Source of the DNA: Poseidonia sp.
Lineage (GTDB): Archaea > Thermoplasmatota > Poseidoniia > Poseidoniales > Poseidoniaceae
DNA: 40,291 nt
Assembly (NCBI GenBank): GCA_023254355.1
Contig: JALRLR010000003.1
Location: forward strand, 1-40,291
Reading direction: 5' to 3'
The position numbers and the translations under genes are program-made. Within the stretch, counting starts at the first letter, position 1; every line of letters starts with the position of its first letter. Below are positions 27,213-36,395 of the stretch, in pieces. Below the pieces are notes generated by a model that was given only the letters and a program-made list of their open reading frames with translations, was not told the DNA's origin and did not search any database.

Positions 27213-28334
27213 ATGGCTGACAAACGAGACTACTACGAAGTCTTGGGCGTCGATAAATCTGCGTCGCAGAGCGACCTCAAGAATGCGTTTCGCCGCCTCG
27301 CTCGGAAATACCATCCTGACCGGAGCACGGAAGCGGATGCCGAGGACCGTTTCAAGGAAATTCAGGAAGCGTATGCGGTGCTCTCTGATGACCAAAAACG
27401 AGCTCAATACGACCGTTTTGGCCATGACGGTCCTCAAGGCAGTCCCTTCGGTGGCTTTGGCGGCGGTTTCAACATCAACTTGGACGACATCTTGGGTGGT
27501 GACTTCTTCTCGTCGTTTTTTGGCGGGGGGTCGGGTCGTCGCCGAACCCGCAGAGGTTCCGATATTTTGCTCCGTCACTCCGTTGACCTCAGGGATGTCT
27601 TGAACGGAACGGAGCAAGAGGTGGTGCTGGACCTCCCCGAGCCATGCACCTCATGCGAGGGAACGGGTGCGGAGGGGGGTGACCTTCAACGGTGTTCATC
27701 CTGTTCCGGTCAGGGACAAGTTCGGGTTCGTCAACAAGTTGGGCCGTTCATTTCCGAGGGTGTTCAGCCCTGCGATGTGTGTTCGGGTCGTGGGCAAGTC
27801 TCCGACCGACCCTGCGTGGATTGCGACGGACGCGGTCAAGAATTGCAGTCAAACACGCTCCGCTTTCGCGTCCCGGAAGGGGCTGAATCCGGCACTCGCA
27901 TGAGGATGCGAGGCAAAGGTGAACCGGCCCCCCAAGGGTCTGGTGAACCCGGGGACTTGTTCATCGAATTGGAGGTTGAAACGCATCCATGGTTCGAGCG
28001 GAGCGGGGCTGACCTCATCATGTCGCTTCCGCTTGGTTACACCGATCTGCTGCTGGGAACCACCGTGACGTTGGACCATCTTGATGAGAAACCCCTGGTC
28101 ATCAAGGTCCCCGCCCATTCAAATTCAGGAGACACCATCGAGGTCAAAAAACGAGGTCTTCCGCGTCAACGCAGCGGTGGAAGAGGCGATGTGATCGTGC
28201 TTCTGAAATTGTTTATGCCTTCAAAAATCAACAAAGGCGCGAAGAAAACGTTGGATGCCTTGCGAGATGAACTTGGACCAAAGGACACCCTTGAGAGCAT
28301 TCTCGAGGATGCACAAGAGCGTCGGCGGTCGTGA
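27213..28334 (+). CDS. dnaJ: Chaperone DnaJ (class A), 373 aa
   Basis: KRDYYEVLGV, HPD motif, G/F-rich region, four CxxCxGxG repeats and C-terminal substrate-binding domains. Confidence 0.97.
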   Translation: MADKRDYYEVLGVDKSASQSDLKNAFRRLARKYHPDRSTEADAEDRFKEIQEAYAVLSDDQKRAQYDRFGHDGPQGSPFGGFGGGFNINLDDILGGDFFSSFFGGGSGRRRTRRGSDILLRHSVDLRDVLNGTEQEVVLDLPEPCTSCEGTGAEGGDLQRCSSCSGQGQVRVRQQVGPFISEGVQPCDVCSGRGQVSDRPCVDCDGRGQELQSNTLRFRVPEGAESGTRMRMRGKGEPAPQGSGEPGDLFIELEVETHPWFERSGADLIMSLPLGYTDLLLGTTVTLDHLDEKPLVIKVPAHSNSGDTIEVKKRGLPRQRSGGRGDVIVLLKLFMPSKINKGAKKTLDALRDELGPKDTLESILEDAQERRRS

Positions 28335-30548
28335 TCAGTCCCGAATTCGGCTCACGGTTTCAGGGATTCGTGCGGCCACCGGTTGACCGTTCATGCGCCC
28401 GTTTAATTCAACGTCGACTTGGTTTGCGGGCCCGTCCAATTCAACCAGCAAATAGGCCTTGTGACCGGATTGCATTTCGTCGAGGAAGACTTCCTCTCCC
28501 TGACGGAGGAATCGCGGTTCAACCTCCACGACGCTGAAGGCTTGACCTTCAGGGGCATCAAACCGCAAGGCCACCAGTTCCCACTCGCCCTGAAGAACGT
28601 GCACCCCCACAACGAGGGGCCAAGCACCGTCGCTTTTTGCGAGGCGTGGGTCCGTTTGCCACACGGCCAGCGCCACGTCCTCGGTGCGATGCTCCGTGCG
28701 TTGTTCTCCCCATGCATCAAGACCCTCCTGCCAATCGAGTTGCGCCACCACTTGGAGCACTTTGGCGAGGTCTGAGCGAGCGGTTTTGTTGTCCGTTTCT
28801 CCGCTGTCGAGACGGGCGGTGTACCACGCGAGCCGTTGTTTTGCCGTGGCCAGTTCCTCGGCAAAGCGTCGCTGCGTTTGCATGGTGTAGGCGAGGTAGA
28901 AGACCGGAATGAGGAACAGCGCTCCGAGGAACCATCGGGCCACGCCCCCCCAGAAGACGGCATCTTCGTCGGGTGGAAACCAAGGTTCCTCGCCTTCGTC
29001 GACCAGCGAATACGCCCCTTGAATGGTGTAGGTTCTTGGAGCGACGTCCACGCCCCACAGGTGAGGCGTTTCAGCGCTGGCATTTTGGAATCGAAGTTGG
29101 AAATAATGCGTCCCTCTTCCGACTTGAAGACCAATTTTGAGTTCACCACCAACCTGTTCGGTGATGTCGGTCGCCAACACCTCTCCGGAGTTTTGGTCAA
29201 TGTCCCAAAGCTGCACCTCAAGGTTCTCGAGATCACCCGATATCGTGAATTGCACGAAATGGATGGAGTCCTCCCATCCGTCCACCACCAACCGGTAGGT
29301 GTCAACGGTGTCATGCACCGCAAGGGTAAACTCACCTTGACTGACGCTGGTGAGGTTGAGAATCGGCCACGAACCGTTGTTGGTCTCGAGGGAAGCGGGG
29401 CGGTAAGAAGGGGCTTCGAGTCCGTTGGCGTCGGTAAAGGAATCGCTTTGAACCTCGAGGGCCATCACGGAAGCGGTCTCAAGAATCAGGCGTCCGACGC
29501 TGGTGTTGGGATAGGGGTAGACGGCGAAGGACTCATCCGGGGTGATGGTCTGAGGCTGACCATCGACCCACTGGCCGTCCATGAGTTGGTCAATCGTGAC
29601 CGAGACGTTGGCATGAACGGCTTGGAGGCGCAGGGCTTCCGTGTCGTTCCATTGGAACAGCACTTCTCGTTGACCGTAACCGAGGAGGTTGATCCCCTGT
29701 TGGAGGTCCTCGCCGATGAGCGATGTTTGACCGATGGGCTGGTGGGTCATGGCGTAGGCAGCCCAAACCGTGTCCGTCATCGGCGAAGAAACCTTGGCAA
29801 CCATGCGTCCGTCTTCGGGCACGGTCCACCACATGGAACGGGTTGCTTGGTTGAGGGTGTTGAACGCCGTCGGCGTCACAAACTTTCCGGGTAGGAGGCG
29901 TTCATCGGTGCCGGTCTGATGATAGAGTTCAACCTGAACCTCGTCGCTCGTTGCCAACCATTGCCATTCCATCGTTTCGCCTTCGGAGACGTTGAAGGTG
30001 AGGTACTCGGCCTTGTCGCTCTCGAAGAGACCGTGGATGAGGAAGGCGGCTTCAGCGTTGAGGGCAACATCGGCCGTTGAGCGTTCCAAGGTGACCGATG
30101 TGCACCCTGCCTCCAACATGCAGGGTTGGATGGAGGTGACGGTGTCGTCTTCGCCGGGCGCCGGTCGGGTCGTGGGGTGACCATCGTTCAAGTGTTCAAG
30201 GAGCATCATGTCCACCGTTTCGGCACTCTGTCCGGTGACCTCAAGAGCGATGGTGGTCGTTTGGTTGCTGGTGATGACCATGGTTTGTCCAACCGATGAG
30301 GAAGTCTGCAGTTCGGCATCATCGGTGCTGACCGAACAAGCCGTGCAATTCCAAGCCAAGAGGTTCGCCGTGTTGGCTTCCAAAGTCAGTTCGATGGTTG
30401 AAGTGGAATCGGGATTGACTTCAACGGAGAACAGACGCTGGTTATCAGGGGACGCTGCTGCCGTGGTGGTCAAGAGGACAGGTCCGAACAGGCAGGCGAG
30501 CAAGGAAGCGAGAACGAATCCCCTTCCGAGCGGCGTTCTCCATCCCAT
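28335..30548 (-). CDS. Single-pass membrane protein with a large beta-rich ectodomain and a ~180-aa cytoplasmic domain, ~737 aa
   Basis: Signal peptide ending TTTAAA. PPC-like elements (DTVDTYRL, GTHYFQL). TM WFLGALFLIPVFYLAY followed by a folded-looking C-terminal domain. Start at 30548 or 30554. Confidence 0.72.
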   Translation of the reverse strand: MGWRTPLGRGFVLASLLACLFGPVLLTTTAAASPDNQRLFSVEVNPDSTSTIELTLEANTANLLAWNCTACSVSTDDAELQTSSSVGQTMVITSNQTTTIALEVTGQSAETVDMMLLEHLNDGHPTTRPAPGEDDTVTSIQPCMLEAGCTSVTLERSTADVALNAEAAFLIHGLFESDKAEYLTFNVSEGETMEWQWLATSDEVQVELYHQTGTDERLLPGKFVTPTAFNTLNQATRSMWWTVPEDGRMVAKVSSPMTDTVWAAYAMTHQPIGQTSLIGEDLQQGINLLGYGQREVLFQWNDTEALRLQAVHANVSVTIDQLMDGQWVDGQPQTITPDESFAVYPYPNTSVGRLILETASVMALEVQSDSFTDANGLEAPSYRPASLETNNGSWPILNLTSVSQGEFTLAVHDTVDTYRLVVDGWEDSIHFVQFTISGDLENLEVQLWDIDQNSGEVLATDITEQVGGELKIGLQVGRGTHYFQLRFQNASAETPHLWGVDVAPRTYTIQGAYSLVDEGEEPWFPPDEDAVFWGGVARWFLGALFLIPVFYLAYTMQTQRRFAEELATAKQRLAWYTARLDSGETDNKTARSDLAKVLQVVAQLDWQEGLDAWGEQRTEHRTEDVALAVWQTDPRLAKSDGAWPLVVGVHVLQGEWELVALRFDAPEGQAFSVVEVEPRFLRQGEEVFLDEMQSGHKAYLLVELDGPANQVDVELNGRMNGQPVAARIPETVSRIRD

Positions 30549-30631
30549 GGTCATGGGTAGGGCTGGAGTCTTTCAAATCCACCCCTGCCGTTGTTCAAAC
30601 CTTTGAAGAAGCGACGGTGTCAGCCTGCATC

Positions 30632-32410
30632 ATGGCCGGTGTCCTTGGGCGAACCGTGATGGCTCGTCATCGCTATGCCCGGCTGTGGGGTTTGGGGGAC
30701 CGAAACGACCCCACTGCCCAAACGCCGGGCGTGGTCTTGATGGAAGGCGACCCCACGATGCCGTTGAATTACGCTCCGTTTGAAAGCACCTCGTCGGGAA
30801 CCCTCCCTTCGGTGTTGGAGGTTCGTTCACGGGGTTCGTTTGGACCGCCCGACTTTGCTGAAATCGGTCCACATTATTCGGTCTCGGTGGGCCACGTGTT
30901 ACCGCCATCCCTCGAGGACGCCAATGCGGGTGAGGTCCAGGGCACCTCCGCCCTCTTGCCCGTCTCTTGGCAACGCATGCATCACGATGCCTCCCTGATG
31001 GACCCCGCCCTCGCCCCAGAAATCGTGGTCCTCACCGATGCGGTTCAGTTGGCCAGCCAGCCCGGTAAACTTCCAACGGCCCTCATGACCCTGAAGCATC
31101 GTTTTCCCGGCGCCCTGGTGTGGGCGCCAGGCCTTGGAGGGGCCGACAACCTGGCAGCGTTGGTTTCCATGGGCGTGGATTTGGTTGATCTTGCTCGTTG
31201 TCGTCAAGCCACAGCCCACGGCATGGTGTTGACGCAAAACGGTCCTCGAGAGCCCTTGGCCCATGAAGCGTCCAATCTTGAAACGCAAGTCTACCATTTG
31301 ATGAAGGCCATGGACGAAGCAAGAGCCGCCATCGCCAACGGCTCGCTGGGGGTCTTGGCCACCCGTGCCTCGCTCTCCAGTCCTCGGATGGTGGAGCATT
31401 TGCGACGTCATCAAGCCTTGATGGCCGAACAGGTTGGCGTCCTGTCCTCCCATGTGGATGCCAACCATGTCTTTGAGTGCTTTTCCTCACACGTTCTTGA
31501 TGACCCGGTGGTGGTTGATTGGGAACGGTTCATTTGTGAACGTTACGAGGCTCCTGAACAGGTCCGTGAGGTCATGATTCTGTTGCCATGTTCAGCCAAA
31601 AAGCCCTACCGCTTGTCAAAATCTCACGGTCAATTCTTGCGGGCGATCAATTCCACCGGATTCCACGAAGTGATGATGACCTCGCCCCTTGGCTTGGTCC
31701 CCCGTGACCTTGAGGATGTTTGGCCGGCGGCCAACTACGATGTTCCCGTCACCGGCGATTGGTCCCTTGACGAACTTGACCGTGTTCAACGGATGTTGAA
31801 GCATCTCACTGCTCGAGCGGGCTACAAGCGAATCATCAACCACACCAACCTGGATTTGTCGTTTCTTGAGGTTGAGGTGGTCAACACCCGGGGGTCCGAT
31901 GGGGCGACCCAACACGAAGCGTTGGAACGATTGAAACTCGCAGCGAAGGACGCCGTCTCGACCTTTGAATTGCGCAATCAGAAAAACAGCCGCCGATTGT
32001 TGGAACATTACCGAAGCATCGCTCGCAAAACCACCGGCACGGATGCGTGGTGCCAAGGGCTTGAGGTGCGTGGAAAATTGCCGAGGTGGCGTTTGGAATT
32101 GAACGGTCAACAACTTGCCGTTTGGTCCGTTGACCGGAACGGATTTTCCTTCTCCAAGGCCTCCATCGATGTGCTGGATGAACACAAGGCCTTGCCAGAA
32201 ATTGAACTACATCCTGAGGTCAATTGGAAAGGGGATGTCTTTACTCAACACGTCCGAACCTTTGATTCAACCATTCGACGGGGCGATGACCTTCGTGTGA
32301 TGCAGAACGGCGGATGCATTGGCTTGGCCCGCGCCCACGCCCCCGGTTGGGAGTGGGGAGGGACGCCCGGGACCTTGGCGAAATCTCATCAGAGGAAGAA
32401 GAAACCGTGA
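30632..32410 (+). CDS. arcS: Archaeosine synthase subunit (ArcS/TgtA2), ~592 aa
   Basis: Signature PCx3KPYx2Sx2H (PCSAKKPYRLSKSH) and TSPLGLVPRDLE...PAANYDVPVTGDW. Degenerate TGT-like N-terminus (GVDLVD) and a PUA-like C-terminus (IRRGDD). Confidence 0.88.
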   Translation: MAGVLGRTVMARHRYARLWGLGDRNDPTAQTPGVVLMEGDPTMPLNYAPFESTSSGTLPSVLEVRSRGSFGPPDFAEIGPHYSVSVGHVLPPSLEDANAGEVQGTSALLPVSWQRMHHDASLMDPALAPEIVVLTDAVQLASQPGKLPTALMTLKHRFPGALVWAPGLGGADNLAALVSMGVDLVDLARCRQATAHGMVLTQNGPREPLAHEASNLETQVYHLMKAMDEARAAIANGSLGVLATRASLSSPRMVEHLRRHQALMAEQVGVLSSHVDANHVFECFSSHVLDDPVVVDWERFICERYEAPEQVREVMILLPCSAKKPYRLSKSHGQFLRAINSTGFHEVMMTSPLGLVPRDLEDVWPAANYDVPVTGDWSLDELDRVQRMLKHLTARAGYKRIINHTNLDLSFLEVEVVNTRGSDGATQHEALERLKLAAKDAVSTFELRNQKNSRRLLEHYRSIARKTTGTDAWCQGLEVRGKLPRWRLELNGQQLAVWSVDRNGFSFSKASIDVLDEHKALPEIELHPEVNWKGDVFTQHVRTFDSTIRRGDDLRVMQNGGCIGLARAHAPGWEWGGTPGTLAKSHQRKKKP

Positions 32411-32482
32411 CGGAGCAAGGCGTTCGCCGTGCGGAGTGATTAAGAAGGGGAGATAAGTCGGAAGGCCGCTTGGTGGTGTGAT

Positions 32483-32941
32483 ATGGCACGAATGTACAAG
32501 TCTCGACGAGGCCAAAGCGGCTCCTCCCGTCCAAATGTTTCTGAGGCACCAGCTTGGTCCAACACCGACAAGGATGCCATCCAGTCCCTCATTTTGGACC
32601 TCGCTAAATCCGGTCTCTCCTCGGCTGAGATCGGAACGGTTCTGCGTGACAAGCATGCCGTCCCCAACGTGCGACTGGTCCTCGGCAAGCGCATCGCGCA
32701 GGTTCTCTCCGAGAACGGCATGGGGGGAACATACCCGGAAGACATGATGAACCTCATGCGTCAAGCCGTCGGCATCATCAACCACTTGGGTTCAGGCAAC
32801 CACAAGGACATTCACAACAAGCGAGCCCTTGAGATCACGGAATCCAAAATCCGAAAACTCGCAAACTACTACAAGGACGAAGGCCGTCTCCCCGCTGACT
32901 GGCGGTACAAGCGAGACGAGTTGCGCTTGATGGTCGAGTGA
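32483..32941 (+). CDS. rps15: 30S ribosomal protein uS15 (archaeal S15P/S13e type), 152 aa
   Basis: MARMYKSRRGQSGSSRP, IGTVLRD, PED, KDIHNKRALEITESKIRKLANYYK...LPADWRY. Confidence 0.98.
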   Translation: MARMYKSRRGQSGSSRPNVSEAPAWSNTDKDAIQSLILDLAKSGLSSAEIGTVLRDKHAVPNVRLVLGKRIAQVLSENGMGGTYPEDMMNLMRQAVGIINHLGSGNHKDIHNKRALEITESKIRKLANYYKDEGRLPADWRYKRDELRLMVE

Positions 32942-33001
32942 GGCGCTTTCGCTTCTCACGGACACCTTGATGAGGGCCGCCGTATCCCCTTGCTTGTTCG
33001 T

Positions 33002-33925
33002 ATGCGAGATTTGTTCACCGCCCCTTTTGTTCAGCCCGTGGCATCGTTGCTCGGGGACTACTTGGGGCGTATCAAACAAGCCGAGGTGTTGCATCTCAGC
33101 GCCCCTGCCACGTTGGAAGGGGTGCTGGCTTTGGGCCAACTTGAAGCGGCATGCCTTGACAATGGCCTGCGGTATCGCCGACGCTTTACGTCTCCCAAAA
33201 AGCACGTGCCTCGTGACGAGGTGGCCATGCCCGAGCCCCCTGCTCACGGTTTGGGGGTTTTTTTCAACGTTGAATCGGAGACTTGGCAGGCCGAGGAACT
33301 TGGTGCCTCGGAACTGCTCGATGTGGTGCCTGTCCAAACCACGGTTCGGTTGGGTGCCCAACAACGAGCGCATGTCGGAGCGATTGACCCGGTGATTCAA
33401 GCCGCTGCCCTTGCCGCAGCCATGGCCCCGAACGGGCGAAGGGTTCGCGCTCTCCGACCCTATCTTTCGCTGGGATTGTGGTTGCGGGGTGCCCTTGACA
33501 CGACCTACGACCCGGTGCATTCGAGCGCCATCGCTCACCTCCAAGAAGAAGGTAGTTTGCGGACGGTCCCGTTGCCCGAAGTTCCCTCACCGGTGGTTGA
33601 CATGATGCCGGGCCTCTCCGAGCGCCAATTGAAACGCCTTTCCAAAGCGTGGCCCGGGATGAACGTTGACGAACGCACGCTGGCGTTGAGTGAATTGGTC
33701 TTGCCCTGCCTGAGTGACCCCAAGTTGTCAACCCCCCGATTGGAGGAATTGGTCTGGCATCGAATGGTGGTGCGCGACCATCCACAAGACATCGTCAGCC
33801 AAGCCCATGCGGTTCAATCCTCGTGGCCAGCAACCTTGGATGCCTCCCGCCTTCATGCCTCAAACCTGCTTGATGCTTGGCTGAGCACCGCCGTTCTGTC
33901 GGCTGGTGACAAAGCGACGGGTTGA
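33002..33925 (+). CDS. Hypothetical protein, probably a degenerate DHH/RecJ-like family member, ~307 aa
   Basis: Sits directly behind rps15, where many euryarchaea encode a DHH protein. The N-terminal pattern LHLSAPATLEGVLALGQL...G.RYRRRF parallels DHH motif I but lacks DxD. Confidence 0.6.
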   Translation: MRDLFTAPFVQPVASLLGDYLGRIKQAEVLHLSAPATLEGVLALGQLEAACLDNGLRYRRRFTSPKKHVPRDEVAMPEPPAHGLGVFFNVESETWQAEELGASELLDVVPVQTTVRLGAQQRAHVGAIDPVIQAAALAAAMAPNGRRVRALRPYLSLGLWLRGALDTTYDPVHSSAIAHLQEEGSLRTVPLPEVPSPVVDMMPGLSERQLKRLSKAWPGMNVDERTLALSELVLPCLSDPKLSTPRLEELVWHRMVVRDHPQDIVSQAHAVQSSWPATLDASRLHASNLLDAWLSTAVLSAGDKATG

Positions 33926-33950
33926 AGCCATCCGGTGCGTTGGGATGTCC

Positions 33951-34301
33951 ATGGCGATTGAACGACTGTTGACGGGCAGCATCCAGAATCAACTCCAAGA
34001 ACTGATGTCAACCGAGGATTTGGTCATTGAGGCCTTCCGTGATTTGGTGAAGGACGAACTCAAAGCTCATATCCGTGCCAAGGTGGATGAAGACCCCGAT
34101 CTTAAAGCCGAAATCAAGGATGCTGTGGCGTACTATTTCCATTCCAAAGCGCGCAGCATCTATGCCGAACTGAAGGCGACACGAGCGGCGACTCGCCTCG
34201 GTTTGCGGTTGTTGCCCGACGAACTTCAAGGCGAGGTCGGTGAAGCCTTGGTGACGTTATTTGAGAAAGAGCTTGGAGCACTTCTTGAGAAGGCACTTTG
34301 A
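33951..34301 (+). CDS. Hypothetical all-helical protein, ~116 aa
   Basis: Amphipathic helical sequence (EDLVIEAFRDLVKDELKAHIR). TTGAAG lies 29 nt upstream of this ATG. Alternative ATG at 33945. Confidence 0.75.
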   Translation: MAIERLLTGSIQNQLQELMSTEDLVIEAFRDLVKDELKAHIRAKVDEDPDLKAEIKDAVAYYFHSKARSIYAELKATRAATRLGLRLLPDELQGEVGEALVTLFEKELGALLEKAL

Positions 34302-34367
34302 CCGTTGTTGTTCACGGTTGAGCGTTCAAGTTATGTGCAATGGTGGATGTGCCCCACCTTGAGAACG

Positions 34368-36395
34368 ATGCGACAACCCCTGCTCCTGTGCACGTTGCTG
34401 GTCCTCACAGCGCTGCTTCCGTTGGTTCCCTCTGGACAAGCCGCTGAGACCAACGACGTGGTGGTGTGTTGCGACGCTTCGCCGGTTGAACTCTACCTCT
34501 TGGGGAGCGACGCCAACAAGAAATTGACACCGTTCGCCTCCGAACTGGGCGAAGATGCTCAATCCATCTCCCTTGAAACCTCGATTTCGTCCCAAGAGAG
34601 CCTCGGACGGTGGGTCCTGCCCGATACATGGGGTGGCGTGATTCCCGCTTCCACCTGGACCTTTGCGATGAACTACGAGGTCAGCAACGCTGCTGGCGTT
34701 CAAATCAACGCCACCGCCACCATCAACATCGGCTCCAAGAGTTTCAGTGCCAGCACTGAACCTGGGTCTTCGTTTCTCGCCCAAGGCACCGGCACCCTGA
34801 GTTTTGACATCGATGTGGATGAATTGACCACCTCGGGGTCGTCCAACATTGAATTGGAGTTGACCGCCCAAGCCATCATTTTCAGCGTACCGGGGTCGGA
34901 TGCGAAACTGGATTTTCTGTGGGGGAGCGAGGACCAAGATTCTTCGCTTGAAGCCACCATTCCCCTTTTGGATATCTTGATGGTGGAACCCGAAGTCGAA
35001 GGTTCGGACGTCTACCTCGCCGTTCGATTGGATTCTCCTTGGGGATTGTCAACCCTCGCCATGGCGGAATCCATCACGCTCAAGGTCAACGGAAAGGCGG
35101 TTGGGGGCGACCCCATCGAAACAGCATCGGGCGATACGGTGCGTGTCACCTGGACCTGGGGGGAAGCAGCCGGCGGAGACGAAACCATCAACGTCGAAGT
35201 GGAATTGGTGTTTCAGCAAGGCCAACCTGCCTTGAGCGGTTCAACCACGTTCGACATTGAAACGTTTGATTCCGGGGGTGGCACAGGCACCTATTATCCA
35301 CCCGATGAGCCCCTACGAACCGACGGTGCGGGCAGTGCTCTCGTGGTCACCATCGATGTTGAATTGTCAAACGACGGCCAAGGTTTGCTGGTTGAACGCG
35401 TGACCACCCTTACCATCAGCGATGAAATGGCGTTTTGGATGCGTTGGGCCATGGACCATATCGGCGACGACAACCCATCCCTATCGCCCATGATTCGGGC
35501 GTTTGCCGCCGGGCCCGTAACCGACGAAGACCGGGTGAGTCGGTTCATTGAAGACGTCGAACGGTCTGAATTTGAACGGCAAATGGTGTCGCTTGGTCCG
35601 ATGTACCTCACCACGGGCCTTGGACTGGATTCCGAGGACCTCCTCGGCTCCTTCCGGGAATTCAACGAATTGAAGGTTGAGGTCAATTTGAACGGGGAAG
35701 ATGCGGTCGTCAATCACCCCGTAACCTTGAGGTTCTCCACGACCCAATTGATTCCTGACGGGCTTTACTACACGTTGATCGAAGATTTTGCCGTTCCCCA
35801 ACCGGCGCCGCTATGGAGCAGCATTGATCTTGACTTGTCCGCCTCCTCAGGTTCGCTTACGGCGTTTATCAGGAACATCCCTCCCGACTCCGATGCATTT
35901 GATTTCTCTCTTTTGCGGACTCCATGGGGCGAACAACTGTCTTTGTCCGCAGAAAATCTTGATCAAAACGAAGTGTTTGCGCTCGAGTCCATTCCAACCT
36001 CCTCGTTGGCGTATGCGCCTCTTCCCGTGACCGTTTTGACGCTCGCGGCGCTCTTTGGCGCCTTCGCCGTTGCCCTTCGTATGTCCCGGTCTCGCTCTCG
36101 GTCGGTCATTTACCTGGAATTGGTTTTGATTCCGGTGACGGTTACGGTGATGCTGTTGGGCTTCCCCTTGATGTTCATCGGCATTGCCTGCGGCGTCGCA
36201 GCGGTCATTTGGTGGATCACCGCCATGGCCAGTCCCCGTCTTGCCGGTGAACCTCGGGGCGCGAAAAAGCGAGGTCCGAACTACCCCACCATTCCTTGTC
36301 CTGCGTGCCAAACGATGAACGCCGTTACCAGCGTCGAACGTCCGCACCGCTTTGCATGCGAAGGCTGTCAACGGATCATCAAACTCGTCGCTTGA
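34368..36395 (+). CDS. Membrane protein: signal peptide, acidic ectodomain, 3 TM helices, C-terminal zinc ribbon, ~675 aa
   Basis: MRQPLLLCTLLVLTALLPLVPSGQA leader, three hydrophobic helices near the C-terminus, terminal CPAC...CEGC. Confidence 0.78.
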   Translation: MRQPLLLCTLLVLTALLPLVPSGQAAETNDVVVCCDASPVELYLLGSDANKKLTPFASELGEDAQSISLETSISSQESLGRWVLPDTWGGVIPASTWTFAMNYEVSNAAGVQINATATINIGSKSFSASTEPGSSFLAQGTGTLSFDIDVDELTTSGSSNIELELTAQAIIFSVPGSDAKLDFLWGSEDQDSSLEATIPLLDILMVEPEVEGSDVYLAVRLDSPWGLSTLAMAESITLKVNGKAVGGDPIETASGDTVRVTWTWGEAAGGDETINVEVELVFQQGQPALSGSTTFDIETFDSGGGTGTYYPPDEPLRTDGAGSALVVTIDVELSNDGQGLLVERVTTLTISDEMAFWMRWAMDHIGDDNPSLSPMIRAFAAGPVTDEDRVSRFIEDVERSEFERQMVSLGPMYLTTGLGLDSEDLLGSFREFNELKVEVNLNGEDAVVNHPVTLRFSTTQLIPDGLYYTLIEDFAVPQPAPLWSSIDLDLSASSGSLTAFIRNIPPDSDAFDFSLLRTPWGEQLSLSAENLDQNEVFALESIPTSSLAYAPLPVTVLTLAALFGAFAVALRMSRSRSRSVIYLELVLIPVTVTVMLLGFPLMFIGIACGVAAVIWWITAMASPRLAGEPRGAKKRGPNYPTIPCPACQTMNAVTSVERPHRFACEGCQRIIKLVA

